Origin: Phenylobacterium sp.
Lineage (GTDB): Bacteria; Pseudomonadota; Alphaproteobacteria; Caulobacterales; Caulobacteraceae
Assembly: GCF_036963605.1 (NCBI RefSeq)
Contig: NZ_JBALUY010000002.1
Location: forward strand, 961 to 64,960
Direction: 5' to 3'
Length of the DNA stretch: 64,000 nucleotides
The translations under genes were made by a program, and so were the position numbers. Position 1 is the stretch's first letter. Every line of letters starts with the position of its first letter. Positions 27,069 through 34,373 of this stretch are shown piece by piece. Below the pieces are notes generated by a model that searched no databases, was not told the origin of the DNA, and saw only the letters and a program-made list of their open reading frames with translations.

Positions 27069-29227
27069 GCGCCTTCCCCGACTATACCGAGGTTCCCTTC
27101 GACGCCGAGCGGCTCGCCCCGGCCGCCCTCAAGGCCGAGCCCTGGACCACCCCCGAGGGCGTCGCCGTGGCGGCCTCTTACGGACCGACCGACATCGAAG
27201 GTCTGAGCGGCCTGGACGGGTATCCTGGCCTCGCGCCCTTCCTGCGCGGCCCCTATCCGACCATGTACGCCACCAATCCGTGGACCATCCGCCAGTATGC
27301 GGGCTTCTCCACGGCCGAGGATTCCAACGCCTTCTACCGTCGCAACCTGGCGGCCGGTCAGAAGGGTCTCTCGGTGGCCTTCGACCTGGCCACCCACCGG
27401 GGCTACGACTCCGACCATCCGCGGGTGGCCGGCGATGTGGGCATGGCGGGCGTCGCCATCGACTCCATCCTCGACATGCGCACCCTGTTCGACGGCATTC
27501 CGCTGGGCGAGATGAGCGTGTCCATGACCATGAACGGCGCGGTCCTGCCGATCCTGGCGCTCTATATCGTGGCGGCCGAGGAACAGGGCGTGCCGCCGGC
27601 CAAGCTGTCGGGCACCATTCAGAACGACATCCTCAAGGAGTTCCTGGTCCGGAACACCTACATCTATCCGCCCGCGCCTTCGATGCGGATCATTTCAGAC
27701 ATCTTTTCATATACTTCCACGGAAATGCCGAGGTTCAACTCGATCTCCATTTCCGGCTATCACATCCAGGAAGCAGGCGCGACGCTGGACCTGGAGCTGG
27801 CCTATACCCTGGCTGACGGCATCGAATATGTCCGCGCCGGCGTGGCGGCAGGCATGAGCGTCGACAAGTTCGCCCCGCGCCTGTCCTTCTTCTGGAATGC
27901 GGGCATGAACGCCTTCATGGAGATCGCCAAGCAGCGGGCCGGCCGCCTGCTCTGGGCCGAGCTCATGCAGGCCGAGTTCGCCCCCAAGGACGCCCGCTCC
28001 CTCTCCCTGCGGGCCCACACCCAGACCAGCGGCTGGAGCCTGGCGGCCCAGGACGTCTACAACAATGTCGCCCGCACCTGCGTCGAGGCCATGGCCGCCA
28101 CCGGCGGCCAGACCCAGAGCCTGCACACCAACTCCCTCGACGAAGCCCTTGCCCTGCCGACGGATTTCTCCGCCCGCATCGCGCGCAACACCCAGCTCTT
28201 CCTTCAGCTCGAAAGCGGCCAGACCCGGGTCATCGACCCCTGGGGCGGCTCCTATTACGTGGAGCGCCTGACCGCCGACCTCGCCGCCCGCGCCCGCACC
28301 CACATCGCCGAGGTCGAGGCCCTGGGCGGCATGGCCAAGGCCATCGAGGACGGCCTCCCCAAGCGCCGCATCGAGGAAGCCAGCGCCCGGACCCAGGCCC
28401 GCATCGATTCCGGCCGCCAGAGCGTGGTCGGCGTCAACCGCTACCGCTCGGCCGATCTGGACGAGATCCCGGTGCTCAAGGTCGACAACTCCGCCGTCCG
28501 ACAGCGCCAGCTCGAAAAGCTCGCGCGCCTGAAGGCCGACCGCGACCCCGCCGCCGTCCAGGCCGCCCTCGATGCTCTCACCGCCGGCGCGGCCGGGACC
28601 GGCAACCTGCTGGCCCTGTCGGTCGACGCCGCCCGCGCCAAGGCCACGGTGGGCGAGATCAGCTACGCCCTGGAAAAGGTGTTCGACCGCCACAAGGCCA
28701 AGGCCGATGCGGTCAAGGGCGTCTATCTGCGCGAGGCCGGCGAGACCCCTGCGGCCCTGAAGGCCAAGGCCATGGTCGGCGCCTTCGCCTCCGCCGACGG
28801 CCGCAAGCCCCGGGTGCTGATCGCCAAGATGGGCCAGGACGGCCACGACCGCGGCCAGAAGGTGATCGCTTCGGGCTTCGCCGACCTCGGCTTCGAGGTG
28901 GAGATCGGCGACCTCTTCCAGACTCCGGCCGAGGCCGCGGCCCTGGCGGTGGAACGACAAGTCCACGTGGTGGGCGCAAGCTCGCTGGCCGCCGGCCACC
29001 TGACCCTGGTGCCCGAACTCAAAGCCGAACTCGCCCGCCTGGGCCGCCCCGATATCCTGGTGGTGGTCGGCGGCGTCATCCCGCCGGAGGACTTCGCCGC
29101 CCTGACCGACATGGGCGTCGCCGCCATCTTCCCGCCCGGCACGGTGGTGCCCGAATGCGCCATCGAGGTCCTGGACCGCCTCAACGAGGAACTCGGCTAC
29201 GCCCAGCTGGACCCGGTTCGCACCTGA
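27065..29227 (+). CDS. mutB: methylmalonyl-CoA mutase large (alpha) subunit, B12-dependent
   Basis: [60 protein letters not shown], plus the C-terminal B12 motif GQDGHDRG. Confidence 0.95.
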   Translation: MSAFPDYTEVPFDAERLAPAALKAEPWTTPEGVAVAASYGPTDIEGLSGLDGYPGLAPFLRGPYPTMYATNPWTIRQYAGFSTAEDSNAFYRRNLAAGQKGLSVAFDLATHRGYDSDHPRVAGDVGMAGVAIDSILDMRTLFDGIPLGEMSVSMTMNGAVLPILALYIVAAEEQGVPPAKLSGTIQNDILKEFLVRNTYIYPPAPSMRIISDIFSYTSTEMPRFNSISISGYHIQEAGATLDLELAYTLADGIEYVRAGVAAGMSVDKFAPRLSFFWNAGMNAFMEIAKQRAGRLLWAELMQAEFAPKDARSLSLRAHTQTSGWSLAAQDVYNNVARTCVEAMAATGGQTQSLHTNSLDEALALPTDFSARIARNTQLFLQLESGQTRVIDPWGGSYYVERLTADLAARARTHIAEVEALGGMAKAIEDGLPKRRIEEASARTQARIDSGRQSVVGVNRYRSADLDEIPVLKVDNSAVRQRQLEKLARLKADRDPAAVQAALDALTAGAAGTGNLLALSVDAARAKATVGEISYALEKVFDRHKAKADAVKGVYLREAGETPAALKAKAMVGAFASADGRKPRVLIAKMGQDGHDRGQKVIASGFADLGFEVEIGDLFQTPAEAAALAVERQVHVVGASSLAAGHLTLVPELKAELARLGRPDILVVVGGVIPPEDFAALTDMGVAAIFPPGTVVPECAIEVLDRLNEELGYAQLDPVRT

Positions 29228-29231
29228 CCGG

Positions 29232-29651
29232 TCAAAGCCCCGGCAGGCCGGCGGCGAGATCCAGCCCCCAGCGGGCGTCATAGGCGCGCCAGGCGAAGGT
29301 CACGGCCACCGCCCAGAGGACGCTAAACAGCGAGCCGACGAGGAAATACTCGGCGTTCAGCTTCTCCTCCAGGTCCTTGAACCGCGCCACGCTTTTCAGG
29401 GCGACCACGGCCACCAGGACCTCCCAAGACCCCAGCAGGAGCCCCACGGCGATGGTCAGGCGCTCCAGATCGCCGATCACCCGCCCGACCCTGGGCTCCT
29501 TCGCAGGCGGCGGGTCCGCGTCGGCGGCGATCCGAGCGGCGCTCAGGCCGCTCCACCGCAGGAGAAGCTTGCAAGCCAGGTTGCCGCCCCAGGTCAGCAG
29601 CAAGAGTGCGACCAGCGACGCGCCGAGACTATGGAGAATGGCTGCGCTCAT
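29232..29651 (-). CDS. small membrane protein coupled to the SatD-like gene
   Basis: 139 aa with about four hydrophobic segments. The ATG overlaps the upstream TGA (ATGA at 29648-29651). No recognised motif. Confidence 0.6.
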   Translation of the reverse strand: MSAAILHSLGASLVALLLLTWGGNLACKLLLRWSGLSAARIAADADPPPAKEPRVGRVIGDLERLTIAVGLLLGSWEVLVAVVALKSVARFKDLEEKLNAEYFLVGSLFSVLWAVAVTFAWRAYDARWGLDLAAGLPGL

Positions 29652-30334
29652 GTGAGGCCCAGCGCCCGGTCGAGCCTGCCGGCCATGGCCTCAAGCGCCG
29701 CCCATTGGCGTTCATAGAGGTCGAACTGTCCGGCGCGCCGGATCTTGTAGAGGGTCTGCACCGACATCCCCAGCCGCTCAGCCAGCGGGGCGGCGGCCTC
29801 CGCCCTCAAGGCCAGCACCACCTCCCGCTGACGGGCGGTCCAGCCGACCTCGATCTCAGTCAGCCCCGCTCCCGCCGCTTCCATCAGGGCCTGGAGCTCC
29901 GGCTCGCCCCGCAGTTCGAAGCGATAGGCGTTGGCGTCGCGCTTGTCCGCTAGCCGCTGACGGCTGCCGGCCAGCCCGGGTCCCATCATGTTCCATGCCC
30001 TTGACCTGTTCACCGGCGTCTCCACCCGCACCGCGCCCACCACGAACCGGCAGCCAAGCCCAGCGATGAGAAGCTGCGCCCGCAGGTCGCGCACCACCCG
30101 CAGGCCGCCTTCCATGGTGGCGCAAAGTCCCTGGAACTCATCCCCCAGGGTGATGGTCAGGGGCGAGACGATCTCCCGCCGATGGGCGTCGTTGGCGCTT
30201 TGGACCGCGGCGTTGAAGCTCGCATGCAAGGTTTCGACGGACGCCGTATCCTCGCTCGACACGAGGTCGCCCATCACCACCGCGTGGGTGGCCCGCGGTA
30301 GCGTCTCCAGTAGGGGTTCGACGAGCGCGATCAT
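29648..30334 (-). CDS. SatD-like protein: nucleotidyl-cyclase/GGDEF-like palm domain plus C-terminal HTH
   Basis: VVMGDLVSSE, LTITLGDEFQGL and RFVVGAVRVETPV resemble the two metal-binding Asp strands and the following strand of class III cyclase/GGDEF folds. The C-terminus WTARQREVVLAL...LAERLGMSVQTLYKIRR is a sigma-r4/LuxR-type HTH. The family name is from memory. Confidence 0.6.
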   Translation of the reverse strand: MIALVEPLLETLPRATHAVVMGDLVSSEDTASVETLHASFNAAVQSANDAHRREIVSPLTITLGDEFQGLCATMEGGLRVVRDLRAQLLIAGLGCRFVVGAVRVETPVNRSRAWNMMGPGLAGSRQRLADKRDANAYRFELRGEPELQALMEAAGAGLTEIEVGWTARQREVVLALRAEAAAPLAERLGMSVQTLYKIRRAGQFDLYERQWAALEAMAGRLDRALGLT

Positions 30335-30350
30335 GTTGTCACCCTATACA

Positions 30351-30402
30351 GGGATAACCCCTAATAGTATCCCAAAAAGGGGATAATTTCTCCGAATATC
30401 CC
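30351..30402. promoter_or_regulatory. two tandem inverted repeats GGGATA-N11-TATCCC
   Basis: Arms at 30351-30356/30368-30373 and 30380-30385/30397-30402, with centres 29 bp apart. AT-rich patch 17-68 nt upstream of the SatD-like ATG. Confidence 0.6.
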
Positions 30403-30411
30403 ATTCTTAGG

Positions 30412-31680
30412 CTAACGCTGCCGTCGAACACGTGCCAATCCCACGGCCAGGGCGCAGCCGGCGGCGATGCCGGCGATCAGGTCGTGGGCAAGCGTCAGGG
30501 CGAGCGTCACCGCCATCACGGCTGCGCCTCCGCGGTTCTCCCGCACCAGATGGGCGATCTCGGCCTTCTCGACCATGTTCCAGGCCACCACCACCAGCAG
30601 GCCCGCCAGGGCGGCCAGCGGGATGTAGGCCGCCAGCGGCGCGGCGATCAGCATGAAGGCCAGCAGGTAGAGGCTGTGCAACATGCCCGAAACCGGCGTG
30701 CGGGCGCCGGCGCGGACATTGGTGGCGGTCCGCGCGATCGTCCCCGTCACCGGCATGCCGCCGAACAGGGCTGCGCCGGAGTTGGCGACCCCCTGGGCCA
30801 CCAGCTCCATGTTGGAGCGGTGACGCCGCCCGCTCATCCCATCGGCCACCACCGCCGACAGCAGGCTCTCGATGGCGCCCAGCAGGGTGAAGGCGGCCGC
30901 CGCCGGCAGCACGGCCAGGACCTTGGCCGGAGACAGGTCCGGCAGGTGCGGCAGGGGCAGGCCGTTGGGCAGGCCGCCGAACTTCGAGCCGATGGTCTCC
31001 AGCGGCAGGCCAAGGACGGCGGCGGCCACTGCCGCCAGGCCGACGGCGATCAGCAGGGCGGGCCAGGCCGGCCGCCAGCGCCGCACCGCCAGGATGATCC
31101 CGATCACGGCGATGGCCACCACGGCCGCCGGCGGGTTGAGGCTCGGCAGGGCCTGGACCAGGGCCGCCACCTTGGGTCCGAACTGCGCCGGCTCGCCGCG
31201 AGCCAGGGTCAATCCCAGCAGGTCGTGCATCTGGCTGGCCAGGATGATCACGGCGATGCCGGCGGTGAAGCCCACCGTCACCGCCGGCGGGATCAGCCGG
31301 ATCAGGCCCCCCAGGCGCAGCAGCCCGCCGGCCGCCAGCATCAGCCCCGACAGGAAGGTCGCCAGGACCAGCCCCTCGATCCCGTGCAGATGAACGGTGC
31401 TGGCCACCAGGACGATGAACGCCCCGGCCGGCCCGCCGATCTGGAACCGGCTGCCCCCCAGCATCGAGACCAGGAAGCCGCCAATGATGGCCGTATAGAG
31501 CCCCCGCTCCGGCCCTACGCCCGAGGCGATGGCGATGGCCATGGACAGCGGCAGGGCGACGATGGCCACGGTCAGGCCGGCCACGGCGTCGGCCCGCAGG
31601 TCGCCCAGCCCATAGCCCGCCCGCAACAGGGTGGCGAGCTTAGGCACATAGAGATTCGAAGCCTTGGCGGCGTCGGTCAT
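30412..31680 (-). CDS. SulP-family anion transporter, transmembrane core only (no STAS domain)
   Basis: AGLTVAIVALPLSMAIAIASGV and GGSRFQIGGPAGAFIVL are SulP motifs. The protein ends ...GIAAGCALAVGLARVRRQR, where the STAS linker normally begins. Confidence 0.8.
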   Translation of the reverse strand: MTDAAKASNLYVPKLATLLRAGYGLGDLRADAVAGLTVAIVALPLSMAIAIASGVGPERGLYTAIIGGFLVSMLGGSRFQIGGPAGAFIVLVASTVHLHGIEGLVLATFLSGLMLAAGGLLRLGGLIRLIPPAVTVGFTAGIAVIILASQMHDLLGLTLARGEPAQFGPKVAALVQALPSLNPPAAVVAIAVIGIILAVRRWRPAWPALLIAVGLAAVAAAVLGLPLETIGSKFGGLPNGLPLPHLPDLSPAKVLAVLPAAAAFTLLGAIESLLSAVVADGMSGRRHRSNMELVAQGVANSGAALFGGMPVTGTIARTATNVRAGARTPVSGMLHSLYLLAFMLIAAPLAAYIPLAALAGLLVVVAWNMVEKAEIAHLVRENRGGAAVMAVTLALTLAHDLIAGIAAGCALAVGLARVRRQR

Positions 31681-31770
31681 GGGGGTCTGCTGGCCGATGG
31701 GACCGCCATGATCATCCCACACGTCGCCCCTGTCGATGACCTGCCGCAAAGCCGCCGATCAGACTTGATG

Positions 31771-32193
31771 TCAGATCTTTACGCCTCGACGACCGGCTCG
31801 CGCCTTGCGCTTGCGGTCCCAGCTCTCGGGCAGGGCCGAGGGGCCGTGGCGGGCCTCGATATCCTTCTGCAGCGCCTTGGCCGCCATCAGATGGCCCGGG
31901 AACAGGGTGTCCACAGTCCAGCCGACCACGGGCACTGTCGATGATGCGGAGTCGACCGCCAGATAGGTCAGCATCTTGCCCAGGGTCATGAACGATACGC
32001 CGCCACGGAATCCAGCCGCCACCAGCATCGCGCCGGCGCCGACGCTATAGACCGTACCGGCCACCGGCACCCAGGCGAGGATGCCGTCGAGGCCAAGCCC
32101 GAAGGGGCCAACCCCCACCAACTGGTCGGAGAGCCGCTTGATACGCTCTGCCGCCCGCCAGGCGTGGTGGGCTTTCTCCTGGGTCGTGGCCAT
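31771..32193 (-). CDS. DUF4112-like membrane protein
   Basis: IKRLSDQLVGVGPFGLGLDGILAWVPVAGTVYSVGAGAMLV. Paralogous to the next gene. Confidence 0.65.
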   Translation of the reverse strand: MATTQEKAHHAWRAAERIKRLSDQLVGVGPFGLGLDGILAWVPVAGTVYSVGAGAMLVAAGFRGGVSFMTLGKMLTYLAVDSASSTVPVVGWTVDTLFPGHLMAAKALQKDIEARHGPSALPESWDRKRKARAGRRGVKI

Positions 32194-32257
32194 GGGTTCC
32201 TAACGCTGAAGGTTGGCGGAAAGCTCCGCCCCGCAGAACGAAAGCCTGGGTTCGCCT

Positions 32258-32728
32258 CTAGCCCAGAAAGACCACGCGGCGCCGTTCCTTGCCATCCTTG
32301 ATGCGGGCCAGGATCTCCCGGTACTCGGGCGTGTTGACCACATCCTTGCGGGCGCCCTCGAAATAGATGGTCTCTTCCATGTGCTTCAGCATCAGGTCCG
32401 CCGCCCACTTGTGGCCTGAGAACAGCATATCGGCCAGCTTGCCCAGGCCGCCCGGCACGGGCGCGATGCCAATGGCCAGGTCGGCGAGCAGCACCATGGT
32501 CGCCTCCAGCAACACCATGGGCGCACAGCGCCCGCGCACCCCATCGCCCAGCAGCACGACCCCCGCCCCGAAGCTGTAGAGCCCGCCGGCCCACGGAATC
32601 CAGGTGAGCAGGCCATCCAGACCCACCCCCACCGGACCGATCTTGATGACGTTGTCCGAGAGCCGTTTGGTGCGCTCGATGCTGGCGCGGACATTGTGCA
32701 GATCGATGTGCGATCGGGCGAAGAACAT
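32258..32728 (-). CDS. DUF4112-like membrane protein (paralog)
   Basis: TKRLSDNVIKIGPVGVGLDGLLTWIPWAGGLYSFGAGVVLL. Start taken at MFFARSH. Confidence 0.6.
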   Translation of the reverse strand: MFFARSHIDLHNVRASIERTKRLSDNVIKIGPVGVGLDGLLTWIPWAGGLYSFGAGVVLLGDGVRGRCAPMVLLEATMVLLADLAIGIAPVPGGLGKLADMLFSGHKWAADLMLKHMEETIYFEGARKDVVNTPEYREILARIKDGKERRRVVFLG

Positions 32729-32890
32729 GCGCGCGCCTCCGGCAAGCGGCGCCAGTCTGGACCAAACAAGCGCTGCCTTGAAGACATGGACCGGCTTTTC
32801 ACCCAATCATAGACCCATGTTCGACTACGGCTCGCCCGCTGCGCGATTCCACATCGCAACAGGCGCCCTCAGGCCCTAGAAAGTGAGATC

Positions 32891-33226
32891 ATGGCGCGCG
32901 CTCAAGACATTCTCATCGTCACCACCGACTTCATCGAAGGCCGCCCGGCGCGCCAGCATATGGGCATGGTCTCGGCCCAGGCGATCCTGGGCGCCAATGT
33001 GGTGCTCGATCTGATGGCGGCGATCCGCGACTTCTTCGGCGGCAGGTCCAAGGGCTATGAGCGGGTGCTGGCCCGCGCCCGCGAGGACGCCCTGGCCGCC
33101 CTGGCCAAGGAGGCCGAGGCCATGGGCGCGAACGCCGTGCTCGGCGTCGACCTCGACTATCACGCCATCGGCCCCAACGGTCAGATGCTGATGGTGGCCG
33201 TCAACGGCTCGGCGGTGGTGATCTAG
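32891..33226 (+). CDS. YbjQ/UPF0145 family protein
   Basis: FFGGRSKGYERVLARAREDALAALAKEAEAMGANAVLGVDLDY is typical of YbjQ. Confidence 0.85.
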   Translation: MARAQDILIVTTDFIEGRPARQHMGMVSAQAILGANVVLDLMAAIRDFFGGRSKGYERVLARAREDALAALAKEAEAMGANAVLGVDLDYHAIGPNGQMLMVAVNGSAVVI

Positions 33227-33648
33227 GCGCCGGCCAGCACGATCTGCTGTGCGCTGGCCTCGGCGATCAGACGGTCCTGGGCCTGCGTGAAGCTCGCCCG
33301 GACGGTAATCATCTGGCGGGTGGCGGCGATAACACGGGCGTGGATTTCGACCGGCGCATTGCGGCCGATCCTCATGAAGCTCACCTGGAGCTGCGTCGTG
33401 CGATACTGCCGGTCGCCAGGGATCACCGTCATGGTCGCAAAGGCCAGGGCCTGATCGGCCAGGGCGGCGATATAGCCTCCGAACAGCGCGCCGTCGGCGG
33501 TGTCCAGGCTGGGATGCGGGCTCCAGGTCTTGCGCACCCACCCCTCCCCCCAGGCGTCCAGCCGACCGAGTCGAAGCTGTTCGACGATCGGCGGCAGGTC
33601 CCCTTCGCCCGAACGGATCGCCTCAAGTCGTTCGATGGCCCATGTCAT
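33223..33648 (-). CDS. PaaI-family hotdog-fold thioesterase
   Basis: ALFGGYIAALADQALAFA is the PaaI/4HBT-type substrate-binding motif. 141 aa. Confidence 0.75.
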   Translation of the reverse strand: MTWAIERLEAIRSGEGDLPPIVEQLRLGRLDAWGEGWVRKTWSPHPSLDTADGALFGGYIAALADQALAFATMTVIPGDRQYRTTQLQVSFMRIGRNAPVEIHARVIAATRQMITVRASFTQAQDRLIAEASAQQIVLAGA

Positions 33649-33751
33649 TCAGCGCCCTTTCCAGGTGGAACACCGCTAGGCTAGCCAGACCGCGGCTGGC
33701 CCCCTACTCGCGTTCACGCGGCCGGACTTCCATGACAGAGCAAATCCCCAA

Positions 33752-34360
33752 GTGACGGACGACACACGGAAAACGCCCCGCCAGAAGCGCGCCGCCGAGA
33801 CCGTGGCCGTCATCCTGGAGGCGACGGCTCAGCTTTTGGAGCGTGACGGGCTTGAAGGCTTCACCACCAACGCCGTGGCCGAGCGCGCCGGGGTGAGCAT
33901 CGGCGCGATCTATCGCTACTTCCCCAACAAGCGCGCCCTGATGCACGCCCTGGCGGAACGAGAAAGCGCTCTGCATGGGGAGGAGATGCAGCGCCTGCTC
34001 CAGGCGAACGGCTCAGGCCTGGCGCCCGACCGCGCCCTGGTCCGCGCCTTCATCGGCGCCTTCAAGGGCCGCACCCGCGCCCGGCGCATCGCCATGGGTG
34101 TCTGGTTCGAAATGACGCCCGCCGAGGCCCTCGCGCGCCGGCTCGACGCCTTTACGCAGATCCTGAACCAGACCCACGAGACGATCGAGCCCATCAACGC
34201 CTTCGTGCTCACCCGCGCCATCCACGGCGCCCTGCGCTCGGCGGTGCTGGAAGGGGTCGATTTCTTCCACGATCAAATCTTCGAGGACGAACTGGTCACC
34301 CTGTCGCGGGCCTATCTCGCCCAGGTTCGCGCCCGCGCCGCCGGTCAGGACAAGGCCTGA
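33752..34360 (+). CDS. TetR/AcrR family transcriptional regulator
   Basis: ILEATAQLLERDGLEGFTTNAVAERAGVSIGAIYRYFPNK is a TetR HTH. GTG start. Confidence 0.88.
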   Translation: MTDDTRKTPRQKRAAETVAVILEATAQLLERDGLEGFTTNAVAERAGVSIGAIYRYFPNKRALMHALAERESALHGEEMQRLLQANGSGLAPDRALVRAFIGAFKGRTRARRIAMGVWFEMTPAEALARRLDAFTQILNQTHETIEPINAFVLTRAIHGALRSAVLEGVDFFHDQIFEDELVTLSRAYLAQVRARAAGQDKA

Positions 34361-34373
34361 CTGCGCCGAGGCC

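Noticed and set aside
27707-29281. 524-aa minus-strand ORF
   Set aside because: Antisense to mutB, which has unmistakable methylmalonyl-CoA mutase motifs.
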